From Patescibacteria group bacterium (GTDB lineage Bacteria > Patescibacteriota > Patescibacteriia > UBA2591 > JAQWAS01): DNA of 64,000 bases. Shown here one piece after another: positions 1-8,157 of this stretch. The notes under the pieces were generated by a model. That model saw only the letters and a program-made list of their open reading frames with translations, was not told where the DNA came from and did not search any database. The position numbers were made by a program, and so were the translations under genes. The DNA lies in contig JAQWAS010000006.1 in assembly GCA_028707495.1 (NCBI GenBank), forward strand, positions 664-64,663. Reading direction: 5' to 3'. The first letter of the stretch is position 1. The number at the start of each line of letters is the position of its first letter.

Positions 1-355
1 CAAACAAAATTGGGGAAAAAATAACCAAAACTGTCGGAATCAATGAAGCTAAACGTCCATCGGTGGCTATCTTTCTATTGAGAAGCAGGCTTGCGCCCAA
101 GATAAGGCCAAGCATAACAATTATTCCACCGAGCAAATTTCCAACCGATAAAGCCGTGGCGCGATCAATCGTTGCGTTTATACCCAAAGAAAGTTCGGGC
201 AAGCTGGTGATAAGTCCGAGCAAAATTCCAAACGCGAACAAGCGAATTTTTAAAACAGCGCCCAAATACTTGATATTTTTTACAGCAAAATTCGCCGACC
301 AGCCCAAGGCGATAAATAGTAATAAAAGTTTTAGTGAATCAAGTAAAATTGGCAT
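1..355 (-). CDS. Na+/Ca2+ (CaCA/YrbG-like) exchanger, N-terminal part; runs off the window edge
   Basis: Not in the ORF track. Manual translation from ATG 355 gives MPILLDSLKLLLLFIALGWSANFAV...GLITSLPELSLGINA...LSVGNLLGG, with the alpha-1 repeat motifs TSLPE and GNxxG. Confidence 0.8.
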   Translation of the reverse strand, partial: MPILLDSLKLLLLFIALGWSANFAVKNIKYLGAVLKIRLFAFGILLGLITSLPELSLGINATIDRATALSVGNLLGGIIVMLGLILGASLLLNRKIATDGRLASLIPTVLVIFSPILF

Positions 356-392
356 AATTATAATTTTTCAATTCTTTTTTTGTAACAATCAT

Positions 393-1034
393 CTATTTAA
401 AACTATCCAATTTCAACGGTGCCCTGTCTGATTTGTCACGCATCAATGTTTTAATGATACTTCTCTTGCTTATGCCCAATACCAATAAAATTGTGGCGCT
501 GATTATGCCGAAGAAAGTTATTATTCCGAAAAGAATGTTAAAACCGAATTTATCGGCTATTATAGCGCCTATTGCGGCACTTGATGCTGTGGCTATACCT
601 ACGCCAACATCTTCCAGCGACCATTCAAACCCAACAATTTTTTTATCTATGTGATTGGTAAAAATTATACGCCAAGCCGGAACCGCCATAGAGTAGGCGA
701 GACCGTTAAAAATTTGTAATAAATATACATGCCATGGATGAGAGGATATCGTATAAAATAGCGGGATAATCGCGATTAAAAAAGTGCCGGCCACCATAAA
801 AGAATATTCGTCTCGCTCGCCTTTTATTTTGTCCATCAATCGGCTGATCGGCATTACCATAAGAACTCTTGTGATCCAGTAACAAGCCACCGCGTAGCCG
901 ATCACTTCAATCCTGTTTTCGATATTTTCTAAAATAAATACCGCGAATATGGGTGCCAGTAGGCCGACCGCAAAGAAAAGAAAAAAATCAGAGAAGATTA
1001 AAAAACGAATTGTCCTACTCACTTTATTATTCAT
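393..1034 (-). CDS. MFS-like transporter, single 6-TM half
   Basis: Hydrophobic helices, MFS-like loop (SRLMDKIKGER), only 213 aa. Confidence 0.7.
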   Translation of the reverse strand: MNNKVSRTIRFLIFSDFFLFFAVGLLAPIFAVFILENIENRIEVIGYAVACYWITRVLMVMPISRLMDKIKGERDEYSFMVAGTFLIAIIPLFYTISSHPWHVYLLQIFNGLAYSMAVPAWRIIFTNHIDKKIVGFEWSLEDVGVGIATASSAAIGAIIADKFGFNILFGIITFFGIISATILLVLGISKRSIIKTLMRDKSDRAPLKLDSFK

Positions 1035-1096
1035 AGTTTATATTAATTGTTTATTTTATAAAATCGTTTTCTGAGCGACGAGAGGAGCGAGAAAAA

Positions 1097-1276
1097 CACC
1101 ATATACCCCCCTCTTAAAAAAATAAAAATAAAATTTGTTCATTATAGAAAAGTGTTAGGCGTTAGCCGTAAAAAGAAAAGCATATTTCATATAACAGGGT
1201 TTATACAAACTCATTAAATTGAGCCTTTATTTAAGCCAAAAATGAGCTTAAAATTTGTAATCATAAATGGTTATGA
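1097..1276 (+). mobile_element. Island-boundary element with possible attC-like site; related to 62170-62369 (-)
   Basis: CACC..CCCCTCT / AAATTTG / GC hairpin / AAAAGAAAAG / TCATATAACAGGGTTTATA, in the same order as the element at 62.2-62.4 kb. Confidence 0.4.
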
Positions 1277-1302
1277 TTACACAGAAATAGGCTATTTATT
1301 AT

Positions 1303-2826
1303 TTACCTTGCATACTCAGTAATGCGTTTTTCACGAATAACGCTGACCTTGATCTCGCCAGGATATTTGAGTTCTTCTTCAATGCGATTAGCTATTTCAC
1401 GAGCGAGCTTTTGAGCTTGAAGATCATCAATTTCTTCGGGCATAACAAAAACGCGAATTTCGCGACCAGCTTGAATAGCATAAGTTTTATCAACTCCATC
1501 AAAGTCACGAGCTAGATTTTCAAGTTCCTCTAGACGTTTGATGTATTCTTCATAAGTATCTTTACGCGCACCAACTCGAGCGCCAGAAATGGCATCAGCT
1601 ACTTTAACAATGACCGATTCGAGTGTAGGTGGGTGATCTTCGTGGTGATAGGCAATACCATTGATAATTTCTTCTGACAGACCGAATTTTTTACCCAAGT
1701 CACGGCCAATATCAGGATGAGTACCAATTACTTCATGGTCAACAGCCTTACCAATGTCATGGAGTAAACCCGATTTTTTAGCAATGGTGACGTCTGCTCC
1801 TAGTTCAGCTGCCAAGAGGGCAGAGAGGTTAGCAACTTCAATTGAGTGTTGTAGAACATTCTGACCATAGGATGAGCGGAATTTTAAACGACCTAAAAGT
1901 TGAATCAGTTTAGGATCTAAACCAGTTACACCCATTTCATAAACTGCATCTTCACCAGCTTTGCGAATCTCACGAGCCATTTCTTCTTTAGTTTTTTTAA
2001 CAATTTCTTCAATGCGACCCGGATGAATACGACCATCCAAAATTAATTTTTCTAAAACTCTTTTAGCTAAATGACGACGAATCGGTGAAAAACCAGAGAT
2101 AACCACGGTTTCTGGAGTGTCATCAACTATAATTTCTGTGCCAGTTAATTGTTCTAAAGTTTTAATATTACGACCTTCACGACCAATAATACGACCCTTT
2201 AATTCGTCCGATGGTAAGCTGACGGTCGTGGTGGTTAGTTCGGGAGTAACTGACGAAGCGCAACGTTCAACGGTTTGAGTTAAAATTTGTCGTGCTTTGT
2301 TGTCCCATTCTTCTTGAGAAATATTTTCTAATTTACGAACACGCTGAACCAAATCGTCTTTAATTTGACGTTCGGTATTTTTTAATAAAACATCTTTAGC
2401 TTCATCTTGGGTTAAACCGGCAATTTTTTGGAGTTTTTCCATTTGTTGCCCTTTAATTTCCTTGATGCTTTCTTCTTCTTTGCGTAGTTGCTCAGTTTTT
2501 TTAAAGATAGTCTCTTGTTTATTTTCTAGGTCAAGAATTTTTTTATCAAAAACCTCTTCGCGCTTCTCTAGTCTTTGTTGTTGAGAGTGGAGGTCTTTTT
2601 TAGTTTCTTGTTCTTCTTGTTTAGCCTTTTCAATAATAACTAAAGCCTTATCCTTGGCTTGGATAAGTAATTCTTTGTGTTGAGTTTTAGCTTCATTAAT
2701 TAAGGCAATAGCCTTAGCTTCAGCTGATTCCGCATTGCGGGCAGCTATGAGTTTACGAACAAAGTAGCCAATCACAAAGCCGACTGGCAAGGCCAGGGCT
2801 AAAATCAAAGGTAAAATATCGTTCAT
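1303..2826 (-). CDS. rny: Ribonuclease Y
   Basis: N-terminal TM, coiled coil, KH (GRIIGREGRNI), HD domain (LLHDIGK). Confidence 0.97.
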   Translation of the reverse strand: MNDILPLILALALPVGFVIGYFVRKLIAARNAESAEAKAIALINEAKTQHKELLIQAKDKALVIIEKAKQEEQETKKDLHSQQQRLEKREEVFDKKILDLENKQETIFKKTEQLRKEEESIKEIKGQQMEKLQKIAGLTQDEAKDVLLKNTERQIKDDLVQRVRKLENISQEEWDNKARQILTQTVERCASSVTPELTTTTVSLPSDELKGRIIGREGRNIKTLEQLTGTEIIVDDTPETVVISGFSPIRRHLAKRVLEKLILDGRIHPGRIEEIVKKTKEEMAREIRKAGEDAVYEMGVTGLDPKLIQLLGRLKFRSSYGQNVLQHSIEVANLSALLAAELGADVTIAKKSGLLHDIGKAVDHEVIGTHPDIGRDLGKKFGLSEEIINGIAYHHEDHPPTLESVIVKVADAISGARVGARKDTYEEYIKRLEELENLARDFDGVDKTYAIQAGREIRVFVMPEEIDDLQAQKLAREIANRIEEELKYPGEIKVSVIREKRITEYAR

Positions 2827-3004
2827 AATATTTTAATTTAAACATAATTTATTAATTTTAATTTACATTTTTTAAACTATAAATTTAAATAATAACGTAA
2901 ATTTATTTTATTGTAGCATAGATTTAATTAACAATCAAGCGGTGATGAAAATTAATTTAAAAAAAAGAAGACAATTGTAGTCTTGCCTTCAAATTTTTAG
3001 ACTC

Positions 3005-3607
3005 TTATTTTATAACCTTATCGATTAATCCATATTTTAAAGCTTCTTGAGATGTTAAAAAGAAATCGCGATCAGTATCTTGTTCGATTTGAGTTAATTT
3101 TTGGCCGGTGTGTGTGGATAAAATTTTATTAATTTTATCTTTAATTTTTAAAATATGCTCAGCTCGAATTTTAACATCAATTGCTTGACCTTCAGCGCCA
3201 CCCATGACTTGGTGAAGCATAATTTCGGCATTCGGCAAAGCAAGGCGTTTACCTTTAGCTCCGGCAGCCAGCAGAACGGCACCCATACTCGCCGCCGTGC
3301 CAATGCAAATAGTCATAATATCAGGTTTAATGTATTGCATGGTATCGTAAATAGCCATGCCAGAAGTTACCATGCCACCAGGCGTGTTGATATATAATTT
3401 AATATCTTTGTTTTTATCTTCACTTTCTAAAAATAAAAGTTGGGCGATGATAGTATTAGCTACCGCATCGTTAATCGGATTACCTAAAAAAATAATTCTT
3501 TCTTTAAGTAGGCGAGAGTAAATATCATAAGCGCGTTCACCACGAGATGATTTTTCAATTACCGTAGGAATAAGTTGAAAATTTTGAGCTTGAATTTGAG
3601 ATGTCAT
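3005..3607 (-). CDS. clpP: ATP-dependent Clp protease proteolytic subunit
   Basis: [24 protein letters not shown] motifs; ATG 3607 preferred over the ORF-track start, which overlaps rbfA. Confidence 0.96.
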   Translation of the reverse strand: MTSQIQAQNFQLIPTVIEKSSRGERAYDIYSRLLKERIIFLGNPINDAVANTIIAQLLFLESEDKNKDIKLYINTPGGMVTSGMAIYDTMQYIKPDIMTICIGTAASMGAVLLAAGAKGKRLALPNAEIMLHQVMGGAEGQAIDVKIRAEHILKIKDKINKILSTHTGQKLTQIEQDTDRDFFLTSQEALKYGLIDKVIK

Positions 3608-3623
3608 ATTTTTTAATTTTAAT

Positions 3624-3920
3624 TTAAACCGGGTTAGAAGTTTCAAATTTAAAAGTAATACGTGGAATCCATTTTAATCTAATTTGACGATTAAGCTTGC
3701 GTTGAAGATGACCAATATTTTTTTCTAAAATTTTTAAAGTGGTACCAGCTTGAGTTTCTGGAAAAACACTAATATAAATATCGGCGTTTTTAAAATTATC
3801 ACTAGTATCAACTCGAGTTATAGTTAAAAAGCTTTCCAAAGGGAGTTCAATCTCACGAGCAAGAATTTGGCTTAATTGCTGTCGAATTAAAATATTAATT
3901 TTTTCTAAACGTTCCGTCAT
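3624..3920 (-). CDS. rbfA: Ribosome-binding factor A
   Basis: Follows infB; ITRVDTS..ADIYIS and IPRITF motifs. Confidence 0.9.
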   Translation of the reverse strand: MTERLEKINILIRQQLSQILAREIELPLESFLTITRVDTSDNFKNADIYISVFPETQAGTTLKILEKNIGHLQRKLNRQIRLKWIPRITFKFETSNPV

Positions 3921-3922
3921 AA

Positions 3923-5917
3923 TTATTGAATTGTATTTTTTTCTTGTTCAACCTCTTTAAAGGCGCGCAGAATATCGTCGGGTTGAATTTGAGTTTTACC
4001 TTCAAATTGCAGGCCACACTCTTCACCGGCATTAGCCTGAGGAATATCTTGTTGGCTTTTTTGAATTTTACTTACCTTACCTAAACCAATTTCTTTTTGA
4101 TCGCGTAAGATTAAACAGCGATTACCCTTTTCGATTTTACCACTAACAACCTGTCCGCCCAAAATAGTTTGTTTAGCTTCTTGGCGGAAAATTTTTAAAA
4201 CTTTTAATTGACCGGTTTCGATTGTTTTAAACTCGGGTTGAATGAGTTTATTCATGCAATCCTTAATTTCATCAATCAATTCATAAATAATACCAAAATT
4301 TTTAACTGGAATATTTTTATTTTTAGCTAATAGGTCAGCAGAAGTAGAAATTTGAGTATTAAAGCCAAAAACATGACCATGCTTAACTTCAGCACGCAAA
4401 ATGTCGGTTTCATTAATTTGACCTAAACCACGTTTAATAATATTAATTTTAATTTTAGGATGTTCTAATTTATTAATAGCCTCTTCAACGGCCTCAAGCG
4501 AACCCATAACATCAGCTTTTAAAACCAAGTTTAAATTAATTCTATCAGAGGACTCTTCGGTAGTTTTGTTTTTAATTGATAAAATTTGTTCAAAAGTTTC
4601 TTGTTGTTTTATCTTTTTTCTTTTTTTAAGATCTTTTTTGTCATCAATTTTTTCTAAAATGTCGCCAGCTTGCGGAGTGTTTTTTAAACCTAAAATTTTA
4701 ACCGGTGTACCGGGAAGAGCTTGTTCAATTTCTTGGCCATTAGTTAATTTTAAAGACTTTATTTTGCCACTACCTTGATTAACCAAAACAATATCATTTT
4801 TTTTAAGAGTACCACTTTGAATTAAAACTATAGCTTGTGGACCTTCGTTTTTATCTAGATGAGCCTCGATAATTGTGCCTAAAACCGGGCCATTGGGATC
4901 AGCCATAATTTTTTCTTTTTCCATATCAACAATCAACAAAATCATATCTAATAAATCATCAATGCCTTGTCCGGTTTTGGCTGAAATTGGCACGCAAATT
5001 GTTTTTCCGCCCCAGTCTTCTGGAGTTAGGTTAATTTCAGATAACTGTTTTTTAACTTGATCAACGTTGGCCTCGGGTTTGTCAACTTTATTAATAGCCA
5101 CTAGCATCATCAGATTTTCTTCTTGAATAATTTTAATCGATTCCATGGTTTGGGGCTTTAAACCTTCCTCGGCCGCCACGATTAAAATAGCGATATCGGC
5201 AATAGTGCCACCGCGGGAACGCATTTTTTTAAAAGCCGCATGTCCAGGTGTATCAATAAAAGTAATAAGTTTATTTTTCTTTTCAACCTGATAAGCTGAA
5301 ATGTGTTGGGTAATACCTCCTTGTTCTGATTGAGTAACGTGAGTTTTACGAATAGCATCTAATAAAGTTGTTTTACCATGATCGATGTGGCCCATAATTG
5401 TTACCACTGGCGTTTTAGAGCTTAAATTTTGATCAAGGTGTTGAGCAATAAGATCCTTAGCATTAATTTTTCTAATCTTTTTTTCTTCTAGAGACTGTTC
5501 CGTCACTCTAAATCCTAAATCCTCAACAATAATAGCTGCAGTTTCAAAATCAATATTGTCATTAATTGTTGCCATAATACCGTTGCGCATTAGTTCACTG
5601 ATAACTTTTACAACCGATAAATTAAGTCTATCGGCTAAATCATTAACAGTGATGACCTTAGGTAGACTGACTGGTGGTTGGTCAGCTTTAGCTTCAGCTT
5701 TTTTTTCTTTAAGTTGATCTTGTATTTCAATTTTTTGACTAATACTTTTAAGCTTCTCCTGCTCTTGATAATCTTTCCAGACTTGAATGATTTTTTCAGC
5801 AATTTTATCATCGACCTGAATGGCTTTTTCCCCCACATCAAAACCAAGCTGAGGAATTTTTTCGCGCAACTCTTGGGTTGAGGTTTTTAGTTTTCTAGCT
5901 AATTCAGTGATATTCAT
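3923..5917 (-). CDS. infB: Translation initiation factor IF-2
   Basis: GHIDHGKTT, DTPGH, NKVD; C-terminal GEECG. Confidence 0.97.
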   Translation of the reverse strand: MNITELARKLKTSTQELREKIPQLGFDVGEKAIQVDDKIAEKIIQVWKDYQEQEKLKSISQKIEIQDQLKEKKAEAKADQPPVSLPKVITVNDLADRLNLSVVKVISELMRNGIMATINDNIDFETAAIIVEDLGFRVTEQSLEEKKIRKINAKDLIAQHLDQNLSSKTPVVTIMGHIDHGKTTLLDAIRKTHVTQSEQGGITQHISAYQVEKKNKLITFIDTPGHAAFKKMRSRGGTIADIAILIVAAEEGLKPQTMESIKIIQEENLMMLVAINKVDKPEANVDQVKKQLSEINLTPEDWGGKTICVPISAKTGQGIDDLLDMILLIVDMEKEKIMADPNGPVLGTIIEAHLDKNEGPQAIVLIQSGTLKKNDIVLVNQGSGKIKSLKLTNGQEIEQALPGTPVKILGLKNTPQAGDILEKIDDKKDLKKRKKIKQQETFEQILSIKNKTTEESSDRINLNLVLKADVMGSLEAVEEAINKLEHPKIKINIIKRGLGQINETDILRAEVKHGHVFGFNTQISTSADLLAKNKNIPVKNFGIIYELIDEIKDCMNKLIQPEFKTIETGQLKVLKIFRQEAKQTILGGQVVSGKIEKGNRCLILRDQKEIGLGKVSKIQKSQQDIPQANAGEECGLQFEGKTQIQPDDILRAFKEVEQEKNTIQ

Positions 5918-6025
5918 ATGTTCCTATTGTACTCTTTTAAACCAAATAAGTCAATTAATAAATTAAAAAACTTGATTTTATTATCAGAATAAGTTAAAAT
6001 AAGATTTAATATAAACAAATAAATT

Positions 6026-7192
6026 ATGGCCTCAGACTTAATTAAAAAATTGCAAGAATTGATTAAAAAATCAACCAGAATTTTAGTTATTTTTCCAGCT
6101 GATTTTGATGGTGATATGTTAGCTTCAAGTTTGGCTTGGATAAATTTTTTATCTAAATGCGATCGACAATTACATGTCGATATAGTCGCTGATGGTATAG
6201 AAATTCCTAAAAAGTATGATTTTTTAAAATGTTTAGATCAAATTCAATCGAAGTTGAATTTAATTCGGGATTTAGTTATTTCTATCCAATCTCAAGACAA
6301 TAAAATTGGCGAATTAAGCTATGAAACGATTGATAATAAATTAAACATTTATTTATCTCCACAAGATCGAACTATTCAAAAAAATGATATTGCTTTAAGT
6401 TTAGACGGTTATAACTACGACTTGATTTTTGTTTTGGGTTGTCAACATTTATCTGACTTGGACACTGTTTATACTACACATAAAGATTTTTTTGATAAGA
6501 CGGCAATAATTAATTTTGATTATCATGCCAATAATGACAATTTTGGAATTTTAAATATTATTGATGTTAACTCAGCTTCGTTGGGAGAAGTGATTTATAA
6601 AATTATGCGTGGCTATAACCAAGAGCTAATTGATAAAGACATGGCCACGAGTTTATTGGCAGCGATGATTGCAGCAACTAACGCTTTTCGTTCGGCTAGC
6701 ACGAGCCAACACACTTTATTGGCAGCCAGCCAACTAATTTCTTTTGGAGCTGACAAAAGGAAAATTATGGAGAAATTATTTGAAAGTCGTTCCGTCGCCG
6801 TTTTAAAATTATGGGGTAGAGTTTTAGCGAGATTAAAAAATTCTCGCGATGGAAAGATTGCTTGGTCATTAATTTCAGATGAAGATATTTTGAAAAGTGG
6901 CTTAGATGGTTTAAATTCAACGGAGCAGGAAGAAGTAGTTTTTTGGGACATTATTAAAGAGCTTTATGCTAGTTTGTCACAAGCTCAAGTTGTTGCTATT
7001 TTTAGGCAAAAAAACAATCAAGTTAATGTTTATTTAAAATCACGAGACAGTAAAATTGATTTATTGAAAATCACTGAAGATTTCTCACCTCAAGGCGACA
7101 GTCAAAAAGTTAAATTAACATTTGAAAACGGCAGTATTTTAGAAATTGAAGATATTTTAACTAAACTGATAGAAACTAAAATGAGATCATAA
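6026..7192 (+). CDS. DHH-family phosphoesterase (NrnA-like), degenerate motifs
   Basis: DGD motif, DYH in place of DHH, ATNAFR, KLWGRVL; divergent from infB. Confidence 0.75.
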   Translation: MASDLIKKLQELIKKSTRILVIFPADFDGDMLASSLAWINFLSKCDRQLHVDIVADGIEIPKKYDFLKCLDQIQSKLNLIRDLVISIQSQDNKIGELSYETIDNKLNIYLSPQDRTIQKNDIALSLDGYNYDLIFVLGCQHLSDLDTVYTTHKDFFDKTAIINFDYHANNDNFGILNIIDVNSASLGEVIYKIMRGYNQELIDKDMATSLLAAMIAATNAFRSASTSQHTLLAASQLISFGADKRKIMEKLFESRSVAVLKLWGRVLARLKNSRDGKIAWSLISDEDILKSGLDGLNSTEQEEVVFWDIIKELYASLSQAQVVAIFRQKNNQVNVYLKSRDSKIDLLKITEDFSPQGDSQKVKLTFENGSILEIEDILTKLIETKMRS

Positions 7193-7211
7193 ATAATAAA
7201 ATGTTTTTTGA

Positions 7212-7288
7212 GGGCGCATAGCTCAGTTGGTTAGAGCACCACGCTTATAACGTGGGGGTCGATGGTTCGAGTCCATCTGCGCCCACCA
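7212..7288 (+). tRNA. tRNA-Ile (anticodon UAU)
   Basis: Cloverleaf with GGGCGCA/TGCGCCC acceptor, anticodon arm CCACG-CTTATAA-CGTGG, TTCGA T-loop, encoded CCA. Confidence 0.92.
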
Positions 7289-7390
7289 GAATAACTGATA
7301 ACTCATAATCGCAAGATTGTTTTTAATATGAAGTTGTGATAAAGTTAAATGTTGTTATCGGTTACGAGTTGTAAGTTATAAGTTTTTTCC

Positions 7391-7465
7391 GCCGGGGTAG
7401 CTCAGTGGTAGAGCAGATGACTGAAAATCATCGTGTCGGCAGTCCGATTCTGCCCCCCGGCACCA
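7391..7465 (+). tRNA. tRNA-Phe (GAA)
   Basis: Anticodon arm GATGA-CTGAAAA-TCATC; T-loop variant TCCGATT; CCA end. Confidence 0.92.
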
Positions 7466-7765
7466 CTACCAACTTTGGAAAAGTTGGTGTGGTGCCCCGG
7501 CACCACTATACATTTTTTTAAAAAGTTGACGTGGATGTCCTTGACACCACTATACATTTTTTTAAAAAGTTGACGTGGATGTCCTTGACACCACTATACA
7601 TTTTTTTAAAAAGTTGACGTGGATGTCCTTGACACCACTATACATTTTTTTAAAAAGTTGACGTGGATGTCCTTGACACCACTATACATTTTTTTAAAAA
7701 GTTGATGTGGTGTCTTCAATATCACCTATATCTTTAAAAAAGTTGATGTGATGTCTTTAGTGCCA
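7455..7765 (+). repeat. tRNA-3'-linked tandem repeat: 4 identical 44-bp units plus degenerate flanking units
   Basis: CACCACTATACATTTTTTTAAAAAGTTGACGTGGATGTCCTTGA at 7501, 7545, 7589 and 7633; diverged copy from 7677; tRNA end CCCCGGCACCA repeated at 7495. Confidence 0.95.
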
Positions 7766-7794
7766 ACTCACTAGCAATATATTACAATATAATT

Positions 7795-8046
7795 ATGTTT
7801 TATGTGTACGTAATTAAAAGCCAAAAAGACAACATGACGTATATTGGTTCAACTAATGATTTAAAAAGAAGATTTAATGAACATAATAAGGGTTTAGTTA
7901 AATCAACAAAACCAAGGATACCGTTTGAATTAATTTATTATGAAGCCTATAAATCAGAAGCAGATGCCAGAAGGAGAGAGCATAATTTAAAATTAAAAAG
8001 CCGTGCTTACGCGCAACTTAGAAAAAGAATTGAAAATAGTTTATAA
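7795..8046 (+). CDS. Small stand-alone GIY-YIG nuclease family protein
   Basis: FYVY..TYIGSTNDLKRRFNEHN..STKPR..YYEAY..ARRRE..LK. Confidence 0.92.
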   Translation: MFYVYVIKSQKDNMTYIGSTNDLKRRFNEHNKGLVKSTKPRIPFELIYYEAYKSEADARRREHNLKLKSRAYAQLRKRIENSL

Positions 8047-8056
8047 TTGGTTATTT

Positions 8057-8133
8057 CGGAGTGTGGCCTAGTGGCTTAAGGCGCTTGCTTTGGGAGCAAG
8101 AGATCGCGGGTTCGAGTCCCGCCACTCCGACCA
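8057..8133 (+). tRNA. tRNA-Pro (UGG)
   Basis: CTTGC-TTTGGGA-GCAAG anticodon arm, TTCGA, CCA. Confidence 0.93.
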
Positions 8134-8157
8134 AATTAATGATAAAATAATAAATAT

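Noticed and set aside
63-654. Plus-strand ORFs 63-431 and 433-654
   Set aside because: Antisense shadows of the CaCA and MFS membrane genes.
7541-7700. TTGACA inside each repeat as tandem promoters
   Set aside because: No convincing -10 element at 16-18 nt (AAAAAG/TAAAAA).
7501-7720. 44-bp repeats as a CRISPR array
   Set aside because: Units are identical head-to-tail with no unique spacers, and no cas genes are nearby.
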